Positions 26,919 to 36,494 of a stretch of DNA of 64,000 bases are shown piece after piece (position 1 is the stretch's first letter; each line of letters begins with the position of its first letter). Below the pieces are notes generated by a model. The model was not told the origin of the DNA. It worked only from the letters and a program-made list of their open reading frames with translations, and ran no database searches. This DNA is from Acidobacteriota bacterium (GTDB taxonomy: Bacteria > Acidobacteriota > Terriglobia > 2-12-FULL-54-10). The stretch is taken from assembly GCA_016199675.1 (NCBI GenBank), contig JACQGE010000126.1, forward strand, positions 1,527 through 65,526, given 5' to 3'. The position numbers were made by a program, and so were the translations under genes.

Positions 26919-28442
26919 ATGGCAACGTGGGAGAAGTATGGTCTCACCGCGCCGGCTTGGTACCGGCCTCGAGCGAGAGAGCCACGTTTTGCACAACTTT
27001 CGCGCGAAGGTCGTTTCCGCTTAGCGTTGGAGCAGGAGGGGGGACTTTTTCCCACCTTCGGCCAATTTCTAGCCGGGCGAGTGGATCTCTTGCCCAATTC
27101 GTATCTGGATGAACTCCAAAAGTTGCAACCCTTGCAACGGGTATCTACTCCCCCCTTGTTGGAACGGGAACTGGCAAGCCAGATCTCTGGTTTGCAGGGG
27201 ATTCGCAATGCTCCCGGGCGCGATGTTTTCAGCGCCGTCTATCAAGGCCAATCCATCGTCCTGGAAGTCTACCAAGAGAATTTAGCCCTTGACCGGAAGT
27301 CTTGGGATGATTTCTGCGTCACGATCCGTCGGTTGGGAAACGGGCCGGAAGCGGCCATCGCCCGGAAGCCGGTGCTGGAACAATTTTGGAACTGGCTCCA
27401 GGTACAATCGGACATCGAACGCAAGCGGACCATCCTCGGCAACCTGCAAAAGATTCCTAAAGGTTCCGTGTCCAGGTTTCCGAGTCTCATATCCGAACTC
27501 CAATCCCCGCGCTGTCTTGTGTACCAAAAAATGGAAGGCTCTCTCCTAGGGACGGAGACCCTCCTCGAAGCAACCGCCGGCGGCACAAGGCTGCGAATCC
27601 TGGTGGAGGCAATTCTGGAGCAATCCCTATTGTTCTGCTTAATTGATACAGACGCTATGCCGGAAAATTACGTATTGCTGCCGGACGGAGGAATCGGATT
27701 CCGTTCGCTGCCCGCTTGGGTTTCCGTCCCGTCCGAATGGCATTATGAATTGCTGCAGTATCTTGCCTCAAGCGTGGCCGACCATACACCCCGCGCCTTG
27801 CAAATGCTTTGCCGGATGTGCTCCAATGGCGATCCCCATTGGGGAGAGCTGCACCTGCTGAACCGGCTCTCCTCCTTACAACCGGAGTTGAAGATCAACG
27901 TGATGACTCCAGAATCGGTGACCGCCCTGGAAAACTATTGGCGCGCTCTGGCCCGGACTGCTTTGCGTCCACCGCCTTTCCTGCAACTGTTTCACCGCAA
28001 TCTTGTACTCCTGGGACACTATAACGGGTTGGCGGCCCCTTCGACGGACTTGGTTGCCGAGGGCCTCTGGCCCGTGTTAGGCCGCGTGATTCGTTTTCAT
28101 TTGGGGGAGATCCTTTCCACCGAAAAAAGCAAGGAGTGGATTGTCAGTTCGGCGTTGCTCCTGATGACGGCCACCCGGCAATTATCTCTGGCGCTGGAGC
28201 AAGTCCGCGAGACACGCAGCGAATTATCCGCGGCACCGGATTCCAGGGAATCCGATTCGCAGAATGTCAAACTGAACCGGCGGACGGCGTCTTTGATTCG
28301 TTCGGCGGTTGCACTGGTCGCGTTCCTGTTCTCGGTTCAACTCGCTTACAGCGCCGGGGGAGCCGTCATCGCATTTTTGACAAAATCCGCCGCTGTCATT
28401 GCTGGCGTGGTTCTGTTTATTCTAGTCGCACGGATCAAATAG
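26919..28442 (+). CDS. ABC1/UbiB-family atypical protein kinase, second paralog, C-terminal TM helix
   Basis: FPTFGQFLAGRVDLLPNSYLDEL is the ABC1 N-terminal KxGQ-type motif. An AGGAGG RBS is present. The C-terminal membrane anchor is AVALVAFLFSV...VIAGVVLFILVA. Confidence 0.8.
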   Translation: MATWEKYGLTAPAWYRPRAREPRFAQLSREGRFRLALEQEGGLFPTFGQFLAGRVDLLPNSYLDELQKLQPLQRVSTPPLLERELASQISGLQGIRNAPGRDVFSAVYQGQSIVLEVYQENLALDRKSWDDFCVTIRRLGNGPEAAIARKPVLEQFWNWLQVQSDIERKRTILGNLQKIPKGSVSRFPSLISELQSPRCLVYQKMEGSLLGTETLLEATAGGTRLRILVEAILEQSLLFCLIDTDAMPENYVLLPDGGIGFRSLPAWVSVPSEWHYELLQYLASSVADHTPRALQMLCRMCSNGDPHWGELHLLNRLSSLQPELKINVMTPESVTALENYWRALARTALRPPPFLQLFHRNLVLLGHYNGLAAPSTDLVAEGLWPVLGRVIRFHLGEILSTEKSKEWIVSSALLLMTATRQLSLALEQVRETRSELSAAPDSRESDSQNVKLNRRTASLIRSAVALVAFLFSVQLAYSAGGAVIAFLTKSAAVIAGVVLFILVARIK

Positions 28443-28445
28443 ACC

Positions 28446-28979
28446 ATGGGATTCTTGACCAAACAATCCGCTGTGTTGTTGCCTTGTGATCCCGGGCTGC
28501 TATACGAGGTCCTGACGGACTATGACTCGTATGCTGAGTGGATGCCTTTCGTAGCCCGTTCCAAGTTGCTGGCCAGGGAGCGAGATCTGGCTCTCGCCGA
28601 GTTTGAACTGCTGCACCCGGCCAAAGACGTTTTTGTCGTTGAATGCATCCATACCAAAAATAAAATGGTTCTATGGAGGGCGATCCGGGGAAGAATACCG
28701 CTTTCCGAAGCTCAATGGGATATCGAACCGGCGGAGGGAGGACAGGTCCGGGTCAGACTCACGTTCCAAACGAATCTGAACTGGGGCCTTCTCCGTCCTG
28801 CGTACTCGCGATTTCTGAAGACAGCCCCCTGCTTGAATGCCCTGCGAATGCAGATCTCGGCGTTCCTCCCGGAACTGGCCCCAGAAGAGGGTGAAAAGAT
28901 CCTAGAGATCGCGGAAACTAGCGAAGGAACGATCTGCTGGATGCTGGGAAAGAAGTACATCCTGACACCAGCGCCCTAA
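28446..28979 (+). CDS. SRPBCC-superfamily (Polyketide_cyc2/COQ10/START-like) lipid-binding protein
   Basis: The size (about 175 aa) and pattern ...VLTDYDSYAEWMPFVARSKLL... are typical of Bet v1-fold ligand-binding proteins. Confidence 0.65.
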   Translation: MGFLTKQSAVLLPCDPGLLYEVLTDYDSYAEWMPFVARSKLLARERDLALAEFELLHPAKDVFVVECIHTKNKMVLWRAIRGRIPLSEAQWDIEPAEGGQVRVRLTFQTNLNWGLLRPAYSRFLKTAPCLNALRMQISAFLPELAPEEGEKILEIAETSEGTICWMLGKKYILTPAP

Positions 28980-28988
28980 AGAAGAGAT

Positions 28989-29564
28989 ATGATCAAAGCC
29001 GTCATTAACGTGGACTCGCCTCCGCCGCATGTATTCAATGTGCTGACGGATTTCTCGCGCTACAAGGAATGGATCCCCGGATGCCAACAGTGCACCGTGA
29101 CTTCCCGCAGCGGCAACGTTACGGACGCCGATATCATCATCAGCAGCATGAAGAGGATCGAACTGGCGCTGCGCTTCGAAGCCATTCCTCCCAATGTTCT
29201 GAATTTCAGGATGACGCGGGGCAAAGATATCAAAGCCTATTCCGGCACCTACCGTCTGATGAACGCGGCGGACGGGAACGGGACCGTGGTGATTGCTGAA
29301 CTGGAAATTGATGCCGGTTTCATGGTCCCGAAGTTCATGGTGGACAAGATCAGCAGAAAGATGATGGACGATACCGGAAGCGCCCTGCGGAAGCACATTG
29401 CCACCCTAACCATTCCCACGGCGATCGCTCGCGCGTCGGCTCAGAAAGCGCCCGAAGCGAAGCCACGTCGCGCCCGGCGGATTCTGCGGATCGTCAAGAT
29501 GCCTGCCGGATACAACGTTTGGCTTCTTGGCCAAACCTTTACAATAAAGAGCCAGGGAAGCTGA
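28989..29564 (+). CDS. SRPBCC-superfamily lipid-binding protein, tandem paralog
   Basis: ...VFNVLTDFSRYKEWIPGCQQCTV... follows the same fold signature as the preceding gene. Confidence 0.65.
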   Translation: MIKAVINVDSPPPHVFNVLTDFSRYKEWIPGCQQCTVTSRSGNVTDADIIISSMKRIELALRFEAIPPNVLNFRMTRGKDIKAYSGTYRLMNAADGNGTVVIAELEIDAGFMVPKFMVDKISRKMMDDTGSALRKHIATLTIPTAIARASAQKAPEAKPRRARRILRIVKMPAGYNVWLLGQTFTIKSQGS

Positions 29565-29634
29565 GACCGGAAAAGCGGCTTGCCTTGAATCCACGAAATC
29601 CCACAAACGGTCAGCATCCCCGAAATGAAATTTT

Positions 29635-30582
29635 TTGCCCGATGGGGATCGTAGTATGAATGCCCTACCTTCCAAGGCATTTCCGCTCACAATTTTTTGC
29701 GGTAAAGGCGGCGTGGGGAAAACTTCCATGGCGCTCGCCTTCGCCTTGTGGCATGCGGACCAGGGACGGGCCGTTTTGGTTGTCACTTCACATCCGTTGC
29801 GGGAACTCGCAGTCTCTGTGTCGCTGGCCGGCCTCCAAGAAGCTCATCCCCAGGCCGCAGCCAATCTGTTTATTAGCCATCTGGACCCGTTCGAAATCCT
29901 GGCTAACAAGGTGAAGCAAGTCATTCCCTCGGAACGGATCGTGAAAAAGGTGCTGGATAGCCCGATCTACAAGAGCCTCATCGAAGTGGCGCCCGGCCTG
30001 AAAGAAATCGCGTTTCTGGGACGTTTGCACCAGTTGTCGGAAGAGCGCTCCGTCGGAGAGACGACCGGGAATTTTGATTTACTGGTCTGGGACGCTCCAG
30101 CTACCGGCCATTTTCTTCAGACCATGAAAGTTTCACAAAGCTTCGAAATGTATTTATCCGGCCCTTTCGCTCTTCTGGGAAAAGAAGTCGCGGAGTTCTT
30201 TGCGGATTTTTCCAATTTCGCCGTCATTCCGGTAACGACGCTGGAGGAGATGGCTGTGGACGAGACGCTCGAACTCTGCGGGAAGCTGGCGGCGGAATTG
30301 ACGATGCGGCCTTCGGGTTTAGTGAGCAATATGGTCTCCCCGTTGCTCGTGGCGTCGGATTTCGATTTCGACGATCTTCGCCGCCAGGCAGCCGAGGGAG
30401 AAGCATCGAAAGATTTACAATTCATCCTCGATCGCCATGCAATTGAGCGCTCCCTGTTCCAAAGATTACGCTCTTCGCTGGACACGGAATTCTACGCCAT
30501 CCAACGGAAACCCTCTTGGAGCTCGGACCTAGGACTTCTTTGGGATTTGTCACGCCAGCTTGGTGGGATGATCCGAAATTGA
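29635..30582 (+). CDS. ArsA/Get3-family P-loop ATPase
   Basis: FCGKGGVGKTSMALAFA is the deviant Walker A of the ArsA/Get3/MinD clade. The A-loop and switch-like segment is LVWDAPATGHFLQ. Confidence 0.8.
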   Translation: MPDGDRSMNALPSKAFPLTIFCGKGGVGKTSMALAFALWHADQGRAVLVVTSHPLRELAVSVSLAGLQEAHPQAAANLFISHLDPFEILANKVKQVIPSERIVKKVLDSPIYKSLIEVAPGLKEIAFLGRLHQLSEERSVGETTGNFDLLVWDAPATGHFLQTMKVSQSFEMYLSGPFALLGKEVAEFFADFSNFAVIPVTTLEEMAVDETLELCGKLAAELTMRPSGLVSNMVSPLLVASDFDFDDLRRQAAEGEASKDLQFILDRHAIERSLFQRLRSSLDTEFYAIQRKPSWSSDLGLLWDLSRQLGGMIRN

Positions 30583-30586
30583 TTCC

Positions 30587-31618
30587 ATGCCCATAGAAAT
30601 CTTTTTGGGAACCGGAGGGGTGGGAAAAACCTCGGTAGCAGCCGCCACCGCCCTGAAAGCCGCGCTGGCCGGCAGCAAATGCCTGGTGCTCACGATTGAT
30701 CCAGCGAGGCGGCTTCAAACGGCTTTAGGGATTGATTCCAACGGATTAGAGCAAAGGGTCCCGCTCGATCTTCTAGAGGGAAAAGGGGAACTCTGGGCTG
30801 CTCTGCTGGATGTACGCGCCAGCCTGGACCGGGCCGTGCTACGCTACGCCAAACCGCAAGAAGCAAAGACCATTCTCGAACATCCGGTCTACCAGATCCT
30901 GATCACTTCCCTCGCCGGAATGCAGGAACTGTTAGCGATTGAGCGCATTCATCAGGCATTAGAAGACGGTTTCACCTCTATCGTCATAGATACAGCTCCC
31001 TCCCGCCACGCGTTAGAGTTCCTGGACAAGCCGGAATTTTTCACTCACCTGGTCTCAACTCCTCTTGTGAAACTGGTCGGACGGACCTACAAATTATGGA
31101 TGGCTTCTCCGCTCACATTGATTAGCAAGATGTCGTTCGAGTTGTATTCCCGAGTGGAAGAAATTTTGGGGACCGCATTAGTCCATCAGATATTGGAGTT
31201 CTTCTCCATCTTTCGCAAAATAGCCGAGGGTTATTCGGACCGCGCCCAGCAAACTTTAGCGTTGCTCCGGGACCCCCACACGACTTCGTTTACTATCGTT
31301 ACCACGCCGTTCAAGGCCAAACGTGATGGCGAGTATTTCTTGCACGAGCTGAAACGCAGAAAGTTTTACGTGAACAGCCTGGTGGTCAATCGCCTTTGGC
31401 CGGCCTATCCGGGAACACTGCCGCCGGGTTTCCCCTCGCCGCTTCAGGAACTGGTCGGCTGGTATCAGAATGTCTGCGACGCCCATCAAAGGGCCTGGCA
31501 GGAGGTTTCCCGACAGTTCTCCGGCGACATTCCGAAGCTGATCCCTTTGCCGGAGCTTTCTAGGGACGTGGACGGCCTGCCGGCGCTGTATAACATCGTT
31601 GAAGAGATGGAGAGATAG
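30587..31618 (+). CDS. ArsA/Get3-family P-loop ATPase, tandem paralog
   Basis: FLGTGGVGKTSVAAATA and IVIDTAPSRHALEFL. It lies 4 nt after the previous gene. Confidence 0.8.
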   Translation: MPIEIFLGTGGVGKTSVAAATALKAALAGSKCLVLTIDPARRLQTALGIDSNGLEQRVPLDLLEGKGELWAALLDVRASLDRAVLRYAKPQEAKTILEHPVYQILITSLAGMQELLAIERIHQALEDGFTSIVIDTAPSRHALEFLDKPEFFTHLVSTPLVKLVGRTYKLWMASPLTLISKMSFELYSRVEEILGTALVHQILEFFSIFRKIAEGYSDRAQQTLALLRDPHTTSFTIVTTPFKAKRDGEYFLHELKRRKFYVNSLVVNRLWPAYPGTLPPGFPSPLQELVGWYQNVCDAHQRAWQEVSRQFSGDIPKLIPLPELSRDVDGLPALYNIVEEMER

Positions 31619-31777
31619 CCGGTAGCCGAAAATCCTTTGCCGTTAGTTTCCGCAGTTTGTGATTTCCCTCATCCAGAAATGATGGGAGCGGGTCGATTTT
31701 TAGCCGTCGCTATTGACACTTAATAATGCGGATGCTATCTTGTGTCCCTTGCGCGGAACCCAGAAAGCATCGACTTT

Positions 31778-33214
31778 ATGCATTTGAAAAAATTTGTATG
31801 GTGGTTCGCCATCTGGTTCTTGAGTAGTCAGCAATCATACGCCTCTGGTTTTAGCATACTGGAATTGGGAGGACGAGCCGCCGGGATGGGAGGGGCTTTC
31901 GCGGCAGTGGCCGACGATGGTTCTGCCCTTTTCTATAACCCTGCCGGCATTTCCTTCCAGCGGGGAACGCGCTTCGAAATGGATGGCTTTGTCGTAAAAG
32001 GCATCTCTCATTTTTTTCCGACGGCTACGCCGCGCGGCACCATTGTGCCAGAAGAGGGATACAACGGGATTGTGTCACCCAAGGTGCAGTTCCTCGGAAA
32101 TATGTACATGACGAAGGAGCTCAGCTCAAGATGGACAGCCGGATTCGGGATGTATTCTCCGAACGGCTTGGGCGATAACTGGACGAATTTCAATGATTCC
32201 GATCCTCCGGGCGAAAAATTCGTGGGACGCTATGCTGGGAACCGCGGCCGCATGGAAAACATCTGGCTCCAACCGACCCTATCCTACAAATTGACGGACA
32301 ACAGCAGTTTCGCCATAGGTCCTGCCCTGGTTTATCTGCACATCATGCTGGAGCAGAGCATTTTGAATCCGCTGGACGATGCGAAAGTCTTTGGGGAAGC
32401 ACTAGCACCATTAATCCTTCCCGACCAGGACCCCGTGTTGGCTGGTCGTTCCATTGCCCGCCTGCTGCCGGAAGGGCGCGCCCGTTTCGCCGCCAAGGAT
32501 TTTGCACCAGGAATCAGTTTTGGCTACCTCTACAAACACACCGCCTCGAAAACGAACTTGGGAGCAATGTGGCGCAGTCCGGTTACGTTTCACCTCAAGG
32601 GCGACGCCTCGTTTGCTTTTACCGACGATTATCCCCTGAGAGCGTTTGTGGGCGCCGATACGATTCCCAACTTATTTCCGAAACAGGCCATCAAGGGGGC
32701 GTTTACCACTCCCTATACCTGGGCGGTCGGCGTAGCTAATTCCGCATACTGGGGCAGCACTTTTGCCGTTGACTTGCTGTTCCAAAACTATGCCCGGTTC
32801 AAGGACATCCCCATCAACTTTACCCAGACAGAGGGCACGGCGACACCGCCGGAAGTTCGGTTTCAGTTCGATTTTCAGAACGCCTTCTTCCTGCGAACCG
32901 GTTGGGAGAAGCGCCTGACCGAAAAGACGATTGTGCGGGCGGGCTACTACTACGACAAGTCTGCGGTTCCGGAAAAAAGCGTTGGGCCGTTCTTCCCGGA
33001 CAGCTCCAAACATGTAGGCACGGTGGGTGCTTCGTGGCAGATAGGCAACAAGGAGATTTCGTTTTTCTACCAGGGCGCGAAGTTGCTGGCCCGCGACGTG
33101 CAAGTCCCGGAAAATGCAAACCTGTGGACCAACGGCACGTACAAAACGTTTTTCCACTTGTTCGGCTTTGGATTTCGCATGCGCATGGGTGGGGAAACAA
33201 TTCGAACGGATTAG
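31778..33214 (+). CDS. FadL/TodX-family outer-membrane hydrophobic-compound transporter
   Basis: A signal peptide is followed by AAGMGGAFAAVADDGSALFYNPAGISF (the FadL N-terminal hatch motif) and a beta-strand-rich body. Confidence 0.75.
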   Translation: MHLKKFVWWFAIWFLSSQQSYASGFSILELGGRAAGMGGAFAAVADDGSALFYNPAGISFQRGTRFEMDGFVVKGISHFFPTATPRGTIVPEEGYNGIVSPKVQFLGNMYMTKELSSRWTAGFGMYSPNGLGDNWTNFNDSDPPGEKFVGRYAGNRGRMENIWLQPTLSYKLTDNSSFAIGPALVYLHIMLEQSILNPLDDAKVFGEALAPLILPDQDPVLAGRSIARLLPEGRARFAAKDFAPGISFGYLYKHTASKTNLGAMWRSPVTFHLKGDASFAFTDDYPLRAFVGADTIPNLFPKQAIKGAFTTPYTWAVGVANSAYWGSTFAVDLLFQNYARFKDIPINFTQTEGTATPPEVRFQFDFQNAFFLRTGWEKRLTEKTIVRAGYYYDKSAVPEKSVGPFFPDSSKHVGTVGASWQIGNKEISFFYQGAKLLARDVQVPENANLWTNGTYKTFFHLFGFGFRMRMGGETIRTD

Positions 33215-33248
33215 TGAGCAGTGAAGAGCGAAAGCGGCGGAAGGTCTC

Positions 33249-34826
33249 ATGGCTGATACTTACGACGTAATCATCTGCGGAGCGGGCTCGGGCGGCGGTT
33301 TTTTAGCCGGAGAGATTGCCTCCGATGCTTCGGTGCTCCTCTTGGACGCGGGGCCTCATATTGGTGGTGCTCCTCGGCCTGGCTTTGGTTCGGCGGAACG
33401 CAGACGATTCTCCACTCAAATCAATCTCGGCCTTTACATTCCCGATGGCGTCAACTCGAAAAACCAAGGGCTGTGCACTTTCCAATATCCGCTGTACGCG
33501 GACGAGTCGAACCCGGCTTTTGCGGGCGTGACGCGCGAAGCACGCGTGGTCGGCGGCGGCTCATTCATTAATGTGGGCGCGTGGGTGCGGCCACGGGCCG
33601 TGGATTGGGCTGGTTTTGAGGAGGCCACCGGCGTGGTCGGGTGGACCAAAGAAGCCTTCGAACCGCACTTCCAGAAAGCCGAGCGGATCCTGACCGTTCA
33701 TCGAGACAAACGGGAGAACTGGAACCCCGCGAGCGTTCTCTACGAGACAACGGCTGTCTCGATGGGCATCCCGGTATTTGAAAACGCCTCGAACCGGTCA
33801 AACTGCATCTTCTGCGGGCAGAGAGTCAACGCGGGGGTGCCTTGCAAGTACGACGCGCTGATGAGCACAGCGATCACCCAGATTCCAAAAGCTATCGAAA
33901 ACGGAACCCAGTTGGTGGACAACGCCACCGTCACTGGCATTCAAATCACCAACGGCAAAGCCACTGGGATCACCTACATCAAAGACGGCCAGACGATCAC
34001 GGCCAACGCACGCAAACTGGTGGTACTAGCGGCGGGAGCCATCGGCACCCCGTTAATTCTTTTTAATTCCGATATCCACCTCATCAATCCGAATGTCGGA
34101 AAATATCTGAAGGCTCACCCGGGCACTTCGGTAGAAGCGTTCATGCCCGGTGGCGAATGGAACAGCGACCGAGGGTATCAGTGGAATTGCTTCCATTACG
34201 GAATGCACGAAGACCAGCCGGTGGACACGATCGTTTTTCTCAGCACCTCCTTTCCAACCACGCCGTGGCTGGCCGCCCAAGTGGATGGTTTCGGCAAACC
34301 GTATAAAGACCTGATGCGGCGGTTTCGCTACCGCATCGGCGCCTGGATTTTCGCGCTCAAGCCAAATATTTCAGGGCGCGTGCTGGGCCGCGTGCATGCC
34401 CCCGTGGTGAGATATTCGATCATCACCACGGACGGATTGCCCGAGCCTAAGCTTTTGAATGACGTGAGCATCACAGTGCGGCAAGTGGCAGAAGTGTTCC
34501 AGCGGATGGGCGCGACCTTTACGGAGCCAAACCCCAACCAGCCAGAAGCGATCTTTCGCCAGGGACTGGCGCTCCGCCTGCCGGCGGCCGGAATCTTTCA
34601 TTCGCAGGGAAGCTGCCGCGCTGGGAGCGATCCGGGAACTTCGGTTGTGAATTCCAATTGCATGTCTCATGATATTGAAAATCTGATGATATGCGACGCC
34701 AGTGTGATTCCGAATCACATTGGCGCCAACAGCAATGCGATGGTTATGGCGGTCGCGAGCCGCGCTGCTGACTTCGTCAAGAGTCAAGTTTTGGATCGCG
34801 CTTCGGCGGATCACGAAGGGCAGTGA
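33249..34826 (+). CDS. GMC-family FAD-dependent oxidoreductase (dehydrogenase large subunit)
   Basis: The N-terminus is YDVIICGAGSGGG (the GxGxxG motif). The C-terminus is GSCRAGSDPGTSVVNSNCMSHDIENLMICDASVIP, containing the GMC active-site His/Asn region. Confidence 0.85.
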   Translation: MADTYDVIICGAGSGGGFLAGEIASDASVLLLDAGPHIGGAPRPGFGSAERRRFSTQINLGLYIPDGVNSKNQGLCTFQYPLYADESNPAFAGVTREARVVGGGSFINVGAWVRPRAVDWAGFEEATGVVGWTKEAFEPHFQKAERILTVHRDKRENWNPASVLYETTAVSMGIPVFENASNRSNCIFCGQRVNAGVPCKYDALMSTAITQIPKAIENGTQLVDNATVTGIQITNGKATGITYIKDGQTITANARKLVVLAAGAIGTPLILFNSDIHLINPNVGKYLKAHPGTSVEAFMPGGEWNSDRGYQWNCFHYGMHEDQPVDTIVFLSTSFPTTPWLAAQVDGFGKPYKDLMRRFRYRIGAWIFALKPNISGRVLGRVHAPVVRYSIITTDGLPEPKLLNDVSITVRQVAEVFQRMGATFTEPNPNQPEAIFRQGLALRLPAAGIFHSQGSCRAGSDPGTSVVNSNCMSHDIENLMICDASVIPNHIGANSNAMVMAVASRAADFVKSQVLDRASADHEGQ

Positions 34827-34865
34827 GTAGAGCAACGCAAGGATTCGTACGAAGCGGGTGGGACC

Positions 34866-35555
34866 ATGATGAGAGAAGCGATTGAACACCTGGAACGCGA
34901 ACTGTCGCGACGCGCCTTCCTGAAAAAAGCCGCCACCGGCGCGGGGATTGCTTTTTTCTGGGAGCGCTTCGGGATGAAATTCGCAAGCGCCCAAAGCAGT
35001 ACGACCGATCCGAAGGCTGTTTTTAGCGCGATCGGCAACATCGTCATTCCTGTTGACGAGGACCCCGGCTGGGCCACCTTTGAGCCGGAAATCTCCCAGT
35101 ACGCTCTCGATGTCATGGTCAAACAGGTTTTCTTGCGTGGCAATGAACTGGCATTCCAGGGGGTTCTTGACACGTTTCGAGTGATGAATGAGATTCCGCC
35201 CATGATCAACTACGCCACAATACAGTTTTTGCAGATGTCCCAGACGCTTCAGGCCAAGTACCTGGGCGACATCTTCACGGGCCAGTTCGAAAACGACGGC
35301 GTTCAGGACATCCTGTTCCTGGCGGCTTTCGTCGGGATCTTCTCGACCAAAGCGGTCTTCTTTTCGAATTTCCCGAATCACCTGGCGATCCCTGGCGCAG
35401 AATTTCAGGTGCGACCCTCCGGCCCGCAAAAGACGGGCTGGGAGATCATGAATTTCAAGGGGCCGATCGGGCCGGAAGAAGAAAACGCGTTGCGCGCAAA
35501 GTACATGGACGCCGAAATCTTGCCGGGCGTGGATCCGAAGAACCCCTATCTATGA
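34866..35555 (+). CDS. Tat-signal small subunit of the GMC dehydrogenase (gluconate 2-dehydrogenase subunit 3-like)
   Basis: The twin-arginine signal LSRRAFLKKAATGAGIAF and its position immediately downstream of the GMC gene support this call. Confidence 0.6.
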   Translation: MMREAIEHLERELSRRAFLKKAATGAGIAFFWERFGMKFASAQSSTTDPKAVFSAIGNIVIPVDEDPGWATFEPEISQYALDVMVKQVFLRGNELAFQGVLDTFRVMNEIPPMINYATIQFLQMSQTLQAKYLGDIFTGQFENDGVQDILFLAAFVGIFSTKAVFFSNFPNHLAIPGAEFQVRPSGPQKTGWEIMNFKGPIGPEEENALRAKYMDAEILPGVDPKNPYL

Positions 35556-36442
35556 GACACCTCACCCTTTTTGCGATTCTGATCTTCTGCTCCACCTCCG
35601 CCGATGCGCAGTTCGGGGGACGCCCAGGTGATGCGGTCCTGTATCTGGTAACTGCGAAAGGAAGCGCCGATTTCCAGACCGTCCTACCCGGCACAGCAAA
35701 CGACAGTAGCACCGTCGCGGCCTTTCGGGTAACTAGCCTGGACTCCGTGCCGGTACTGACCAGCGAACCCTTCCATTTTCTTCGTCAGATGCTCCACGAA
35801 GCCTCCGACGAAGTTTTCATTAAATTCTCCGAACCGGAGGGAGCGGTCGGCCCTCACCGGATTTTTGTAACCCCGGCAAAATTTTTGATCCTCCATGGGA
35901 TGAGCCTCCTGGTGAAAGATGCGATCGGACCCCCCACTTCCTTTCTGACGATCCCGAAGGATTTGGACCTGGAAGGGGAAATTTCGCTGGAACGATTTGG
36001 GTTTCTGTTTTGGGCTCCGAAAAACTGGCCACCCATCGTGCCCACCGACCGTAGGGGACCGATTGGTCCGCCGGAGATGAACGGATTCGAGTATGCCGCC
36101 TCGAGCGGTCTGGCGAAATTGGCCAATTTTATTCGGTGGGTAAGCATGAGAAAAATTTACCCCGGCAGCGGCTGGCCCAACGGCGTCGATCTGAAATTGC
36201 TGGAAGCCGACGCCGCCGCAGGCAGCACGATTCGTCTGCTGCGTCTGCGTCCGGGAACCAAAACGCCGTTGTTCCGAGTGCCTGGACACACACACTTGTA
36301 CGTATTGCAGGGCCAGACGGAGCTTGCTCCAGCGAATTCCAGCCCGGTGACGCTAAAGGCAAATGATTATGCATTCCTTCCAGGAAATTTCGTGGTCAAA
36401 CTCTCAAATCCCAAACCGTATGATGGTCCAGACGCACAGTAA
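35552..36442 (+). CDS. Secreted hypothetical protein with a C-terminal cupin-like (ChrR/cupin_7-like) domain, paralog 1
   Basis: There is a signal peptide. The C-terminus is RLLRLRPGTKTPLFRVPGHTHLYVLQGQTEL...NDYAFLPGNFVVKLSNPKPYDGPD. Confidence 0.5.
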   Translation: MRHLTLFAILIFCSTSADAQFGGRPGDAVLYLVTAKGSADFQTVLPGTANDSSTVAAFRVTSLDSVPVLTSEPFHFLRQMLHEASDEVFIKFSEPEGAVGPHRIFVTPAKFLILHGMSLLVKDAIGPPTSFLTIPKDLDLEGEISLERFGFLFWAPKNWPPIVPTDRRGPIGPPEMNGFEYAASSGLAKLANFIRWVSMRKIYPGSGWPNGVDLKLLEADAAAGSTIRLLRLRPGTKTPLFRVPGHTHLYVLQGQTELAPANSSPVTLKANDYAFLPGNFVVKLSNPKPYDGPDAQ

Positions 36443-36494
36443 GATGAAAATGCATCGGCAAAGAATCGGATTAAGAAGGGTCGGTAGAGTCGAT

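Noticed and set aside
29635-31618. ArsA pair as arsenic-resistance genes
   Set aside because: There is no arsB, arsC, arsD or arsR nearby. The genes are embedded in the ABC1K/SRPBCC operon, so they are treated as Get3/ArsA-family ATPases of unknown cargo.
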